This document shows positions 32,577-42,182 of a stretch of 64,000 bases of DNA, piece after piece; within the stretch, counting starts at the first letter, position 1; each line of letters starts with the position of its first letter. The stretch is from Patescibacteria group bacterium (GTDB taxonomy: Bacteria; Patescibacteriota; Dojkabacteria; J137), in the NCBI GenBank assembly GCA_963169855.1, contig CAUJCN010000002.1:709608-773607 (forward strand), written 5' to 3'. The notes under the pieces are model-generated. The model did not search any database. It was not told the DNA's origin and saw only the letters and a program-made list of their open reading frames with translations. A program made the translations under genes and the position numbers.

Positions 32577-33943
32577 TTTGTGTTTAAATTAGCTAATATG
32601 TACATAAGTATGATAATTGTGATGCCAGCTAATAAAAATCCGAAGAAGTCAAGTTTCAATGAGATTTCAGAAAATTTAGAGGATAGATCAATTATTAATC
32701 TTATTATAAATTCTACAATTTTAAGCAAAGGTGAAAACACTTCACCAATAACCAGAAGCACGGATGCTAGGGAAGTCAGAGGAGTTAGAATAATATTGAA
32801 AATTATGCTTAACAGATTGAATGAGTTGTTCAATAAAGAAACTGCAGGAAGGGTAAATAACATCACAACTACTTGTTCTGTAATGATTTTTCTAATGCCA
32901 CTTACTTGAATCCTGGAAGCAAGTGTAATACCAAAGTAGGCCAAATATGAAAGTACAATACTAAAGTTGAAAACGTTAAAGGGATTTAAAATCAGGAAAA
33001 AGAGCATAGTAAAAAGGATGATTTTAGTTTTGCTTGAGTAAGTTCCAAAGTAATTTAATGTGGAATTTATTGCGAAAAATATAAAAGCTCTTAAACCAGA
33101 TAAGTTAGTAATTCCAGCAATGAGAAGATAAATAAACCCGGCAGCGACTGTGAGCAGTCCACGTTTTCTTTTATCAACAAAGAATAAACTGCTTTCTAAA
33201 AGAGATAGTATAAGAATAAAGTTGTAACCAGATAAAGCTAGAATATGAAGAGCACCTATTTCTCGAAAATTTTCCTTTAAATCTTTATCTATGAAACTGC
33301 TATCTCCAAACAAAAGTGATTTCGCAAAATCTGAGGATTCTTTAGTTAAATTTTGATTTAGGTTTTCTAAAAGATGATTTTTAGCATCTAACACAAAAGG
33401 AAGTCCATTGTTCAAAACTGTTATAGAATCTTCTTCAACAGAAAGGTATTTATTCTTAGAAAGAGAGTAGTAAGGATTAAAATCAATATACTCAAACTCG
33501 CCAGTAAGTTCGATTCGAGATCCAATTTCGAGGTTACTTGAAAATCCTAGATCCACGATACTGTTAGTATTTTCGCTATAGATTTCGTAATGATCTTGAT
33601 ACTTAGCTAAAACGATAAAAGTATCATCGTTTGAAACAATTGCTATGTTAGCTAAGTTATATATAAATATGTTGGAATATAGTACAGCTAATAATATAAG
33701 AAAAACTCTATATAACTTAAATTTCGAAAACAATAGAACCAAAACTAGGATAATAAAGTAGGGTAGTAATACTGAAATTAAAGAAAAAATTAGGATTAGT
33801 AGGTTTACTGTAACTTCAGAGTTAAGCTGCTTTTTTGTATTTCTCAGAATCTTTTTTGAAATCCGTTTAAGGGAGTAGAGTATCGTCCAAGAAGACGTTC
33901 TCATAAAAGTTCCCAGAGAACTTAAAAGTTTGAGTGTTTTCAA
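32561..33943 (-). CDS. comEC: ComEC N-terminal polytopic membrane (competence / DNA-channel) domain protein (460 aa)
   Basis: Ten or more TM segments. Competence-domain motif ...IGALHILALSGYNFILILSL... Its 3' end overlaps the start of the MBL-domain ORF by 16 nt in a different frame. Confidence 0.65.
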   Translation of the reverse strand: MKTLKLLSSLGTFMRTSSWTILYSLKRISKKILRNTKKQLNSEVTVNLLILIFSLISVLLPYFIILVLVLLFSKFKLYRVFLILLAVLYSNIFIYNLANIAIVSNDDTFIVLAKYQDHYEIYSENTNSIVDLGFSSNLEIGSRIELTGEFEYIDFNPYYSLSKNKYLSVEEDSITVLNNGLPFVLDAKNHLLENLNQNLTKESSDFAKSLLFGDSSFIDKDLKENFREIGALHILALSGYNFILILSLLESSLFFVDKRKRGLLTVAAGFIYLLIAGITNLSGLRAFIFFAINSTLNYFGTYSSKTKIILFTMLFFLILNPFNVFNFSIVLSYLAYFGITLASRIQVSGIRKIITEQVVVMLFTLPAVSLLNNSFNLLSIIFNIILTPLTSLASVLLVIGEVFSPLLKIVEFIIRLIIDLSSKFSEISLKLDFFGFLLAGITIIILMYILANLNTKWLKS

Positions 33944-34026
33944 TTATATAAATCTTAATAGCTAGGCTTATGGCCAGCAGAATAAGATAAATGATATTCC
34001 GCTTTTTCATTCTGAGATTTTAGAAC

Positions 34027-34791
34027 TTAGAAGGTTTGGATGACTATGCTTTGCAATACAATATTTTCGGTTGGCTTTGCAAAATTTGATTCAGGATTAT
34101 CTACAGGGATTAGATTAATATTTTGTAGTGTTTGCAATCCAGCAGAAACTAACCCAATTGGAGTAAATCTACCATTAAAGTATTGATGGACCTTGCTTGA
34201 AGAATCAGCTAAAACTATAAAGAATTGAGTAGAGTTAGTGTCGTAACCATCATTCGCCATGAATACTATGTATTGTTTCGAAGCAGGAGTTGTTAGTGTG
34301 GCATTAGAAAGAAAGCCTTCCCCTCTGAGTTTGTCTTTTTCTTCCTGAGAAAGTGGAAGTGAATCTAAGTTTACTTCCCCATCTAAAACATAACCAGCAC
34401 GTCCTTGCCCATCGTCGTTTGGATCTGTATTTAGAGTATTCCTATCTCCGCCTTGTAAAAGAAGATTTGGAACTAATCTATGGAATTTTGTATTTACGTA
34501 ATAGTTATTATTAGCTAGGTAGACAAAATTATTTACGTTCACAGGTGCGTTCTTTTCGAACAAATCAATGGTAAAAGATCCTTGAGAAGTATTCACTGTC
34601 GCAAAGTAGTTTAGATTTTGATCTATAGTCTGAGCAGGTGCTTCTTGAAAAGGATCGTCTGGATCATCAAACAGTTTTCCGATTGAAAGAATTTTTCCCA
34701 ACGATAGATTTTGACCCGCAACAATAAGAATTCCAAAACAAATGAGAATTCCTACCAGGTAAAGAAATACTTGATTTTCTTGTTTAAACAT
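34027..34791 (-). CDS. Cyclophilin-type peptidyl-prolyl cis-trans isomerase, secreted or membrane-anchored
   Basis: N-terminal TM or signal (FLYLVGILICFGILIVAG) and the cyclophilin core FHRLVPNLLLQGGD...GQGRAGY. Confidence 0.6.
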   Translation of the reverse strand: MFKQENQVFLYLVGILICFGILIVAGQNLSLGKILSIGKLFDDPDDPFQEAPAQTIDQNLNYFATVNTSQGSFTIDLFEKNAPVNVNNFVYLANNNYYVNTKFHRLVPNLLLQGGDRNTLNTDPNDDGQGRAGYVLDGEVNLDSLPLSQEEKDKLRGEGFLSNATLTTPASKQYIVFMANDGYDTNSTQFFIVLADSSSKVHQYFNGRFTPIGLVSAGLQTLQNINLIPVDNPESNFAKPTENIVLQSIVIQTF

Positions 34792-35489
34792 TAAGGGTTT
34801 TGTCTAACTACTTCAAACATTATTATAGAAGCAGCGACGCTCATGTTCAATGAGTTTACGAGACCAAATTGTGGAATTGTTAGAATTTCATCACATTTCT
34901 CTATAACTTCTTGAGAAAGGCTTTTATCTTCTCCACCAATTATGTAGAGTCCGTTTTTGTTTAAAACTTTGTGGGAGTATACGTCTCCACCTCTTTCAAT
35001 TCCGTAGATAAAGTAACCTCTGTCTTTGAAGTACTTTATTGTTTGGAAGATAGATCCTTGAATTACGTTTGTATGGAAAACAGCTCCTGTAGAAATTTTG
35101 GCTACAGTAGGGGTGATTTTCACTTCTTTTGGAACGATTACACCTCCAAATCCAGAACATTCAACACTTCGGATAATTGCTCCAACGTTTTGTTCAAAAG
35201 TTGAGTCGTAGATGAAAACGTATGGCTTTTCTTCGTAGAAAAGTTCGTCGGACATTTGGGTATATTCATAGTCAACATAGCAAGCAACGCCTTGGTGTTC
35301 TCGGTTTTCAGTCATTTTCGCAAGTTCTTTTCGAGAAATGAATTTAACTGCTACTTTATCTTTTTTTGCAAGATTTTTGATTAGGGAGATTTTCTCTGAA
35401 TCGTCGATGCCTTCTTCTAAGAATAGAGTATCTACATTGAATTTGGATCTTAAAGCTTCTAAAACTGTATTTCTACCGTAGGCTAACAT
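34791..35489 (-). CDS. SpoU/TrmH-family RNA 2'-O-methyltransferase (RlmB-like)
   Basis: N-terminal substrate-binding region (GRNTVLEALRSKFNVDTLFLEEG) and SPOUT motifs ...YIIGGEDKSLSQEV...LTIPQFGLVNSLNMSVAASIIMFE. Confidence 0.7.
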   Translation of the reverse strand: MLAYGRNTVLEALRSKFNVDTLFLEEGIDDSEKISLIKNLAKKDKVAVKFISRKELAKMTENREHQGVACYVDYEYTQMSDELFYEEKPYVFIYDSTFEQNVGAIIRSVECSGFGGVIVPKEVKITPTVAKISTGAVFHTNVIQGSIFQTIKYFKDRGYFIYGIERGGDVYSHKVLNKNGLYIIGGEDKSLSQEVIEKCDEILTIPQFGLVNSLNMSVAASIIMFEVVRQNP

Positions 35490-35580
35490 AGAAAAAGATT
35501 CAAAGATTAAAATAAAAAGATCAAAACAAAGAAATTATACCAATATTTCAGTACTTTAGAATCTTTTCTCTTGGGGGTAG

Positions 35581-35817
35581 TTATTTCTGAACTTCTGCAA
35601 GCTTTCTAAGCTTCTTGTATGCTTTCATTGAAACCTTGACTCTTTTTACCTGTCCGTCAATTTCTAACTTAACTTTTCGTAAGTTTGGTTTCCAAGTTCT
35701 TTTTGTATTTGGTGCTTTGAATTTCCATTTTCCTCCTCCTCCAGAAGCTCCTCTTCTATGTTTCTTATTTCCACCAAAAGATGTCTTTTTTCCTAAGATT
35801 TCACATTGTCTTGCCAT
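35581..35817 (-). CDS. rpmB: 50S ribosomal protein L28
   Basis: MARQCEILGKKTSFGGNKKHRRGASGG...WKPNLRKVKLEIDGQVKRVKVSMKAYKKL follows the L28 family pattern. Confidence 0.7.
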   Translation of the reverse strand: MARQCEILGKKTSFGGNKKHRRGASGGGGKWKFKAPNTKRTWKPNLRKVKLEIDGQVKRVKVSMKAYKKLRKLAEVQK

Positions 35818-35994
35818 ATCAGTATTCCTAACGTTTTTAAACGTCTAATTATATTTTATAAGTTGATTTTAAGCAAGACAAAAAAGGAGAAAAGTAGTAA
35901 CAAAATACTATAATGGGTAAACTTTCTGTATTTTTATCTTCAAATTTTAATTTTTGGATGTTATACTGAATCGCTTTGATGAATACCATCAAAT

Positions 35995-36067
35995 GCCGCT
36001 TTAGCTCAGTTGGTAGAGCAACTGTTTTGTAAACAGTGGGTCCTGGGTTCGAGTCCCAGAAGCGGCT
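35995..36067 (+). tRNA. tRNA-Thr (TGT)
   Basis: Acceptor gccgctt/aagcggc, D arm gctc/gagc, anticodon stem actgt/acagt with loop ttTGTaa, T arm ctggg-ttcgagt-cccag. Confidence 0.8.
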
Positions 36068-36074
36068 TTCTTGA

Positions 36075-36158
36075 CCGAGAATGACGGAGTGGTCAAACGT
36101 ACCTGACTGTAAATCAGGCAGCCTTAGGCTTACGGAGGTTCGAATCCTTCTTCTCGGA
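36075..36158 (+). tRNA. tRNA-Tyr (GTA), class II with a long variable arm
   Basis: Acceptor ccgagaa/ttctcgg, anticodon loop ctGTAaa, long variable arm cagccttaggcttac, T arm ggagg-ttcgaat-ccttc. Confidence 0.8.
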
Positions 36159-36205
36159 TATTCAAAATAAACTTCCAATTTCTAATCTCTAAATCCTAAA
36201 TAAGT

Positions 36206-36214
36206 TGATATAAT
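36206..36214 (+). promoter_or_regulatory. Extended -10 element TGATATAAT immediately upstream of the third tRNA
   Basis: tgatataat at 36206-36214, 10 nt upstream of the tRNA-Thr(GGT) 5' end. Confidence 0.35.
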
Positions 36215-36223
36215 CTTTTTTGT

Positions 36224-36296
36224 GCCGCAGTAGCTCAGTTGGTAGAGCACACCCATGGTAAGGGTGAGGTCACGGGTTCGATTCCCGTCTTCGGCT
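36224..36296 (+). tRNA. tRNA-Thr (GGT)
   Basis: Acceptor gccgcag/cttcggc (one mismatch), anticodon stem caccc/gggtg with loop atGGTaa, T arm acggg-ttcgatt-cccgt. Confidence 0.7.
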
Positions 36297-36306
36297 TATT
36301 AATAGT

Positions 36307-36888
36307 ATGAAAAAACTGTCAAGGGAAAACTCTTCAAAACAACTTATTCTCCAGTCCATACAATCTTTTTTTGAGGATAATTTCCCAGTAGCAACTCATA
36401 CATTAGCTCATGCAGCAATAGAATCTATACGTGAATTAGCTAACAGTAAGGGTATCTTATCGCTTACTAAAGATTTAGAAAAAAGTGGAGATTTTAAATT
36501 TAAAGATGATGGATTGAATTCAATCTATAAAGATAAAGTAAAAAGTAGTGGAAGAAGTTCTCGAAGAAAATCCAATAATCAGAAGTGGAAAGAAATTACC
36601 GAAACTAACTACAATTTTTTTAAACATTATACTAGTGAGGATTCCACAGAATTTAATCCAGGTATTAATGATCTCTTAATACTGGACGCCATTCAGCTTT
36701 TCATCAATTGCTTTGGTGAAATTCACCCTTATATGAATTTATTCTTAGTATGGATGTATCTGGAAGATAGTAATGTGTTTGTTGAACCTCAAAAATCCCA
36801 ATATGAGGAACTGTCTAAATCTTTTCCTGAGTTGAAGTTGGATAAAAAAGTTTTTCTCAAAGTATTGAAAAAGCTTGGATTAAACTAA
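36307..36888 (+). CDS. Hypothetical protein (193 aa)
   Basis: Intact ORF with no recognisable motif. Confidence 0.4.
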   Translation: MKKLSRENSSKQLILQSIQSFFEDNFPVATHTLAHAAIESIRELANSKGILSLTKDLEKSGDFKFKDDGLNSIYKDKVKSSGRSSRRKSNNQKWKEITETNYNFFKHYTSEDSTEFNPGINDLLILDAIQLFINCFGEIHPYMNLFLVWMYLEDSNVFVEPQKSQYEELSKSFPELKLDKKVFLKVLKKLGLN

Positions 36889-36949
36889 TATTAAAAAATT
36901 TGTATTCCACCACATAGCCCCAACTTTTCATTCATGAGATAAAGTTCTA

Positions 36950-37993
36950 ATGTCACATTTAGAATTTCTTATCAATGTACTTTTTCAACAGAATTTTGGA
37001 ATCAGAAGTATAAACAAAATCTTGGATCTTAGTAGTAATTTTGAAGAATTCTCAGAAAATACAAAAATAGCATTCGAAAACTCTAGACTTCAATTTGTTG
37101 AAAACGCATTGAATGTTAAAACAGTTCTAGATAATTGCAAACTAAATAGAGTAGAGTTGGTTACATACTTTGATAAAGAATACCCTAAATTACTTAGGCA
37201 GATTCCTGATGCACCATTGATATTAGCTTGCAAAGGAAATCTAAACTTGCTCGAAAATCAATCCATAAGTATTGTAGGAACTAGAAATTGCAGTGCTTAC
37301 GGACAGCGAGTTACGAAAGAGTTATGCGAATTCTTGTCTTACAGAAACGTTATCACAGTTAGCGGAATGGCGTTTGGGATAGATGCGGTAGTTCACCAGA
37401 ATTCAACGCAAACTATTGCAGTACTTCCAACATTCCCTTCAAAAGCTATTCCTGCAAACAACTTTAAAATCTATAATAGTATAATTGAAAACAACGGATT
37501 AGTAGTTTCTGAGAATATTAAAGATGAACCAATCGCTTCCTATATGTATGTTTCCAGAAATAGAATAGTAGCAGGACTTTCTAGTAAAACGGTAATTATT
37601 GAAGCTGCAGAAAAAAGTGGCGCAATAATAACTGCAGAGTATGCACTTGATTACAATAGAGAAGTTTATGCAGTTCCAGGAAACATTTTTTCAGAATCTT
37701 CCAAAGGTTGTCATAAATTGATTCGTTCAGACGTAGCAAGGATACTAACAAGTTATGAAGATCTAATAGAAAACGATAATTTAGTACCAATTATTCCATT
37801 CCCCAAAGCTCAAAACTTGACAGAAGATGAGACCTGCATTTATTATGCACTCTCAGATAAGGGCTTGAGTATTGATGAACTATCTATACAAACGGCAATT
37901 TCACTCAATGTTTTAGGGTACACCTTGATAAATTTAGAACTAAAGGGTTTAATACAGAAAGATATTTTAAATAACTATTCAAGAATAAAATGA
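36950..37993 (+). CDS. dprA: DNA processing protein DprA (Smf)
   Basis: Rossmann-fold core ISIVGTRNCSAYGQRVTKEL...VSGMAFGIDAVVHQ...GAIITAEYALDYNREVYAVPGNI and a C-terminal winged-helix tail. The TGA stop overlaps the topA ATG (ATGA). Confidence 0.8.
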   Translation: MSHLEFLINVLFQQNFGIRSINKILDLSSNFEEFSENTKIAFENSRLQFVENALNVKTVLDNCKLNRVELVTYFDKEYPKLLRQIPDAPLILACKGNLNLLENQSISIVGTRNCSAYGQRVTKELCEFLSYRNVITVSGMAFGIDAVVHQNSTQTIAVLPTFPSKAIPANNFKIYNSIIENNGLVVSENIKDEPIASYMYVSRNRIVAGLSSKTVIIEAAEKSGAIITAEYALDYNREVYAVPGNIFSESSKGCHKLIRSDVARILTSYEDLIENDNLVPIIPFPKAQNLTEDETCIYYALSDKGLSIDELSIQTAISLNVLGYTLINLELKGLIQKDILNNYSRIK

Positions 37994-40272
37994 AGTTAGT
38001 AATTGTAGAGTCGCCTTCAAAGGCTAGTACTATTAAAAAGTATTTAGGCGACGGTTATGTAGTTAAAGCGTCAAAGGGACATGTGATTGATTTGCCAAAG
38101 TCAGGACTAGGTGTGGATGTAGAAAACAACTTTAAACCAGAATATATAATTACTAAAAAAGACTCATTAACTGAACTTAAGAAGGCTTACAAAGAAGCTG
38201 ACGAGTTGATTCTGGCTGTCGACTTAGACCGAGAAGGAGAAGCTATTGGATGGCACATTGCACAGGAATTAGGAGCAATCACTCCTGAAGGAAATCCAAA
38301 AAAGGGAAAGAAAGTAGAGAGAATTGTTTTCCACGAAATTACAAAGGATGCTATTCAAGAAGCAATAAACTCGCCAAGACACATAGATGTGAATTTAGTA
38401 AACGCACAACAGGCAAGAAGAGTTTTAGATAGATTAGTAGGTTACAAATTATCACCACTTCTTTGGAAAAAAATCTCGTTCGGATTATCAGCTGGAAGAG
38501 TTCAGTCTGTAGCACTAAGATTAGTTTGCGAAAGAGAAGATGAAAGAGAGAAATTCAAATCCGAAGAATACTGGTCAATAGAAGCATTTACAGATGAAAA
38601 GAAAGGGGAAGTAAAAGTAGACTACATCACGAAAAATGATGAAGAAGATTCTGATGATTCGGATGGAGGAGATAGTATTGAACAAAAAATTGAAAAAACA
38701 AACGAGGATTTACTAAAATTTGCTTTGTTCAAGATTAACAATAAAGATCCAGAAATCAAAAACAACGATGAAGCAAAAAAGATTGTTGATTCGGTTAAAG
38801 GAAAAGATTGGGTAATTGCAGCGAATGAAAAAAATAGATCAAAAAGATCTCCAAAAGCTCCGTTTATTACTAGTACGCTTCAGCAAGCTGCTGTTAATCT
38901 TTTAGGATTCTCAGCAAAAAGAACAATGGGTATTGCTCAAAAACTTTACGAGGCTGGTTTGATTACCTACATGAGAACAGATTCAACAGTAATGTCTGCA
39001 GGAGCAATTAAACAGGGGGAAGATTACATTCTAAAAACTTTCGGGAAGGAATATCTTCCAGAAAAAAGAACAGTTCATAAATCAACAAACAAATCGGCTC
39101 AAGAAGCACACGAATGTATTAGACCAACAGATCTAACAAAATCTAGCGATTCTTTAGGATTAGAGCCAGACGCAAAGAGAGTTTACGATCTAATCAGAAA
39201 TAGAGCGTTAGCCTCATTAATGTCTCCAGCAGAAATTGAAGGATTAGTAATAGATGTAAATATAGATGAATATAAATTCAGAGCAAATGGAAAAAGAGTA
39301 ATCTTCCAAGGTTACTTAAAAGTGATGAAAGAAAGGCTTGGAGAAGTAGAGCTTCCAGATCTTCAAATAGGTGATCAGGTTTACCCACACGAGATTCTAG
39401 GAATTCAACATTTTACTCAACCGCCAGGAAGGTATTCCGAGGCAACTTTGATTAAGAAATTAGAAGAATTGGGAATTGGAAGACCATCTACTTACGCATC
39501 TATAATCTCTACTTTATTAGATAGAAAATACACAGAGAACGTTGCTAGATATCTTGTTCCAACAGATGTTGGAAGATTAGTAAACAAGCTTTTGACGATG
39601 TACTTCATGAATGTTGTTGACTATGAATTCACAAAATCTATGGAGGATAAATTAGATACAATCGCAGAGGGAAAACTAGAATGGACAGCAATGTTGAAGG
39701 AATTCTACTTCCCATTCGAAAAGGAAATCATCAAGCAAGATAAAAATATCGATAGAAATCTATTTAAACAATTAGGAACTTCAGACGAAAAATGTCCCGA
39801 ATGTGGCAAACCCATGGTTGTAAAATTAGGAAGGTATGGAAAATTCCTGAGTTGTAGCGATTATCCAAAATGTCAGGGTATCAAAGCATTAGAAGATCCG
39901 TCTGTAGAGAACGCATCATTCGATCCAGAAAAATTTGAAGGTGCACCAAAGACAGAAGATGGTAGAGAATTTGAACTAAAGAAGAGTAGATTTGGAAGCT
40001 TCTGGGCACATCCAGATTATCCTAAAGTGAAGGAAGCTAAGCCTTTGTTGTTAAAAGAAAAATGTCCAGAATGTGGAAGCAATCTTGTGGAAAGAAAAGG
40101 TAAATTTGGACGAATGTTTACAGGATGTTCAAGTTATCCTAAATGTAGATACATCAAAGGAGCAAAAAAGAAAGAAGATGGAGAAGAAGTTCAAGCTACT
40201 GCCAAAGCTAAAGGTACAAAATCTCCTAAATCAATCTCAAAGACTAAAAGCAAAAAGGCTAAAAAAGTGTAA
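37990..40272 (+). CDS. topA: DNA topoisomerase I (760 aa)
   Basis: TOPRIM (KLVIVESPSKASTIKKYLG, DLDREGEAIGWHI), active-site Tyr region, and three C-terminal C4 zinc ribbons (for example CPECGKPMVVKLGRYGKFLSCSDYPKC). Confidence 0.9.
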   Translation: MKLVIVESPSKASTIKKYLGDGYVVKASKGHVIDLPKSGLGVDVENNFKPEYIITKKDSLTELKKAYKEADELILAVDLDREGEAIGWHIAQELGAITPEGNPKKGKKVERIVFHEITKDAIQEAINSPRHIDVNLVNAQQARRVLDRLVGYKLSPLLWKKISFGLSAGRVQSVALRLVCEREDEREKFKSEEYWSIEAFTDEKKGEVKVDYITKNDEEDSDDSDGGDSIEQKIEKTNEDLLKFALFKINNKDPEIKNNDEAKKIVDSVKGKDWVIAANEKNRSKRSPKAPFITSTLQQAAVNLLGFSAKRTMGIAQKLYEAGLITYMRTDSTVMSAGAIKQGEDYILKTFGKEYLPEKRTVHKSTNKSAQEAHECIRPTDLTKSSDSLGLEPDAKRVYDLIRNRALASLMSPAEIEGLVIDVNIDEYKFRANGKRVIFQGYLKVMKERLGEVELPDLQIGDQVYPHEILGIQHFTQPPGRYSEATLIKKLEELGIGRPSTYASIISTLLDRKYTENVARYLVPTDVGRLVNKLLTMYFMNVVDYEFTKSMEDKLDTIAEGKLEWTAMLKEFYFPFEKEIIKQDKNIDRNLFKQLGTSDEKCPECGKPMVVKLGRYGKFLSCSDYPKCQGIKALEDPSVENASFDPEKFEGAPKTEDGREFELKKSRFGSFWAHPDYPKVKEAKPLLLKEKCPECGSNLVERKGKFGRMFTGCSSYPKCRYIKGAKKKEDGEEVQATAKAKGTKSPKSISKTKSKKAKKV

Positions 40273-40309
40273 TTTTTGACTTCTACTATTCAGATTTCAA
40301 GCTTTGTCA

Positions 40310-40318
40310 TGATATAAT
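40310..40318 (+). promoter_or_regulatory. Extended -10 TGATATAAT upstream of rpsB, followed by a UUCG-capped leader hairpin
   Basis: tgatataat at 40310-40318. Leader hairpin gtatc-ttcg-gatac at ~40326-40339. Confidence 0.4.
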
Positions 40319-40417
40319 CCTTCTCGTATCTTCGGATACAAATCAACACTCGTTCTAATTCCATCCTTAAAGTTTAAGGCAGAACGGGGAAGAATATTTA
40401 CTTATTAATTTTATTAA

Positions 40418-41416
40418 ATGGAAGAGAAGATGAATGACGCCAATTTTTTCCCTGAGTTATCAGATCTATTAAAGTCTGGAGCACAATTCGGTCACGAAAA
40501 GAGCAGATGGAACCCAAAAATGGCTAAGTATATTTTTGGAATCAAAAACGGAATTCACGTTTTAGATGTACAGAAAACTCATGAAAAGCTAACAACAGCT
40601 TACAATTTTCTTAAGGAAGCATCTACAAAAGGATACGTTCTATTTGTAGGAACTAAGAAGCAAGCCTCAGATATCATCAAAGAAGAAGCAATTAGATCAG
40701 GTTCATACTTTGTAACAAACAGATGGGCTGGAGGTTTATTTACAAACTTCAACATGATCAAACAGAGTCTTGCAAAATTACAGAGTTTAGAAAAACAGTT
40801 TGAAGAAGGAGTTCAGGGAAGAACTAAATACGAAGTAGCTTTGATGAAAAAGGAATGGCAGACTTTAACTAGACTTTACGCTGGAATTAAGAACTTAACA
40901 ACAAAACCAGTAGCTGTTGTTGTTTTGGATACTAAATTCGAAAAAGCAGCTGTTAGAGAAGCTAGAAAAGTTGGAATTCCTGTAATCGGAATTGTTGATA
41001 CAAACTCAAATCCTGATTCAGCAGATTATGTAATTCCTGCAAATGATGATGCAATAAATTCAATCAGAATTATATTCAGAACATTAGGAAATGCAGTAAT
41101 GCTAGGAAACAAAGGAGCTGGAGTACAGCACCAATTAAAGGATTACTCAAAAGAAGAAATCAAAATTACTAAAGCAGTAGAAGTTGAGGAAGTAGCAGAA
41201 AGAGTTTCAGTTGATTCTTCAGAAGAAGAAACTGCAAGAACTGTAAAAGAAGCTGCAGCTAAACCTGTAAAATCTACAAGTAAAGCAAAGGGAATCTTGG
41301 AAAGAGCAAAAGAAGCTGCAACTGAAAAACCAGCTGTAGAAGCTAAGCCTAAGAAGAAAGCTGAAGAAAAACCAGCTAAACCAGCTGCTAAGAAGGTAGC
41401 AAAGGCAAAGAAATAG
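40418..41416 (+). CDS. rpsB: 30S ribosomal protein S2 with a Lys/Ala/Glu-rich C-terminal extension
   Basis: LLKSGAQFGHEKSRWNPKMAKYIFG..., GIPVIGIVDTNSNPD. The C-terminal ~90-aa tail is low-complexity. Confidence 0.85.
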   Translation: MEEKMNDANFFPELSDLLKSGAQFGHEKSRWNPKMAKYIFGIKNGIHVLDVQKTHEKLTTAYNFLKEASTKGYVLFVGTKKQASDIIKEEAIRSGSYFVTNRWAGGLFTNFNMIKQSLAKLQSLEKQFEEGVQGRTKYEVALMKKEWQTLTRLYAGIKNLTTKPVAVVVLDTKFEKAAVREARKVGIPVIGIVDTNSNPDSADYVIPANDDAINSIRIIFRTLGNAVMLGNKGAGVQHQLKDYSKEEIKITKAVEVEEVAERVSVDSSEEETARTVKEAAAKPVKSTSKAKGILERAKEAATEKPAVEAKPKKKAEEKPAKPAAKKVAKAKK

Positions 41417-41450
41417 CGTTCATATTTTATTTACTAGTTAGTTAAAATTT

Positions 41451-42071
41451 ATGATAAGTTTAGACCAAATTAAAGAATTAAGAGCGTTATCCGGAGCAGG
41501 TGTTAATAATGTGAGAGAAGCATTAGAAGCAACTGACGGAAATATGGAAGCTGCAATTAAATACCTAAGAGAAAAAGGTATGGCTAAAGCAGATAAGAGA
41601 AAAGATAAAGTAGCAGCTAACGGGGTTTTAGGAACATACATTCACGCTAACAACAAAGTAGTTGTAGTTGTTGAAGTTGCTTGCGAAACTGATTTTGCAG
41701 CAAAGAGTCCTGATATGATTGCATTTGCAAACAAAGTCGCTTTGCACATTGCAGCAATGAGTCCTAAGTATATTTCAGAAAATGATATTCCTGTAGATTT
41801 CTTAGAAACGGAAAAGAAAGCTATGGAGGATGAATTAGTAGGAAAGCCGGATGAAGTAAAAGAAAAAATTATTTCTGGAAAAATGGAAAAGATATACAAG
41901 GATATCGTCTTACTTCACCAACCAATGTTTGGAGAAGATGGAGCAACAGTAAATGATGCTTTGAATGGGGTAATTGTAAAAGTAGGAGAAAAAACTCTTA
42001 TCACTCAATTCCATAAATATACAGTTTCAGAAAATAATGTTGACGCTGTTTTAACAAACAACGAAGACTAA
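41451..42071 (+). CDS. tsf: Elongation factor Ts (206 aa, short form)
   Basis: N-terminal UBA-like IKELRALSGAGVNNVREALEATDGNMEAAIKYLREKG. Immediately downstream of rpsB. Confidence 0.85.
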   Translation: MISLDQIKELRALSGAGVNNVREALEATDGNMEAAIKYLREKGMAKADKRKDKVAANGVLGTYIHANNKVVVVVEVACETDFAAKSPDMIAFANKVALHIAAMSPKYISENDIPVDFLETEKKAMEDELVGKPDEVKEKIISGKMEKIYKDIVLLHQPMFGEDGATVNDALNGVIVKVGEKTLITQFHKYTVSENNVDAVLTNNED

Positions 42072-42089
42072 TTTAGAACTTCTAATTTA

Positions 42090-42138
42090 GATCCCGCTAT
42101 CATGGTGAGCTTGTCGAACCATAATGCGGGATCTTTTT
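42090..42138 (+). terminator. Rho-independent terminator after tsf
   Basis: gatcccgc...gcgggatc long-stem hairpin followed by TTTTT. Confidence 0.6.
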
Positions 42139-42146
42139 ATTGCATC

Positions 42147-42155
42147 TGATATAAT
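42147..42155 (+). promoter_or_regulatory. Extended -10 TGATATAAT upstream of frr
   Basis: tgatataat at 42147-42155, ~28 nt upstream of the frr start. Confidence 0.4.
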
Positions 42156-42182
42156 TAACATAATACTTTTTACTAACAATTT

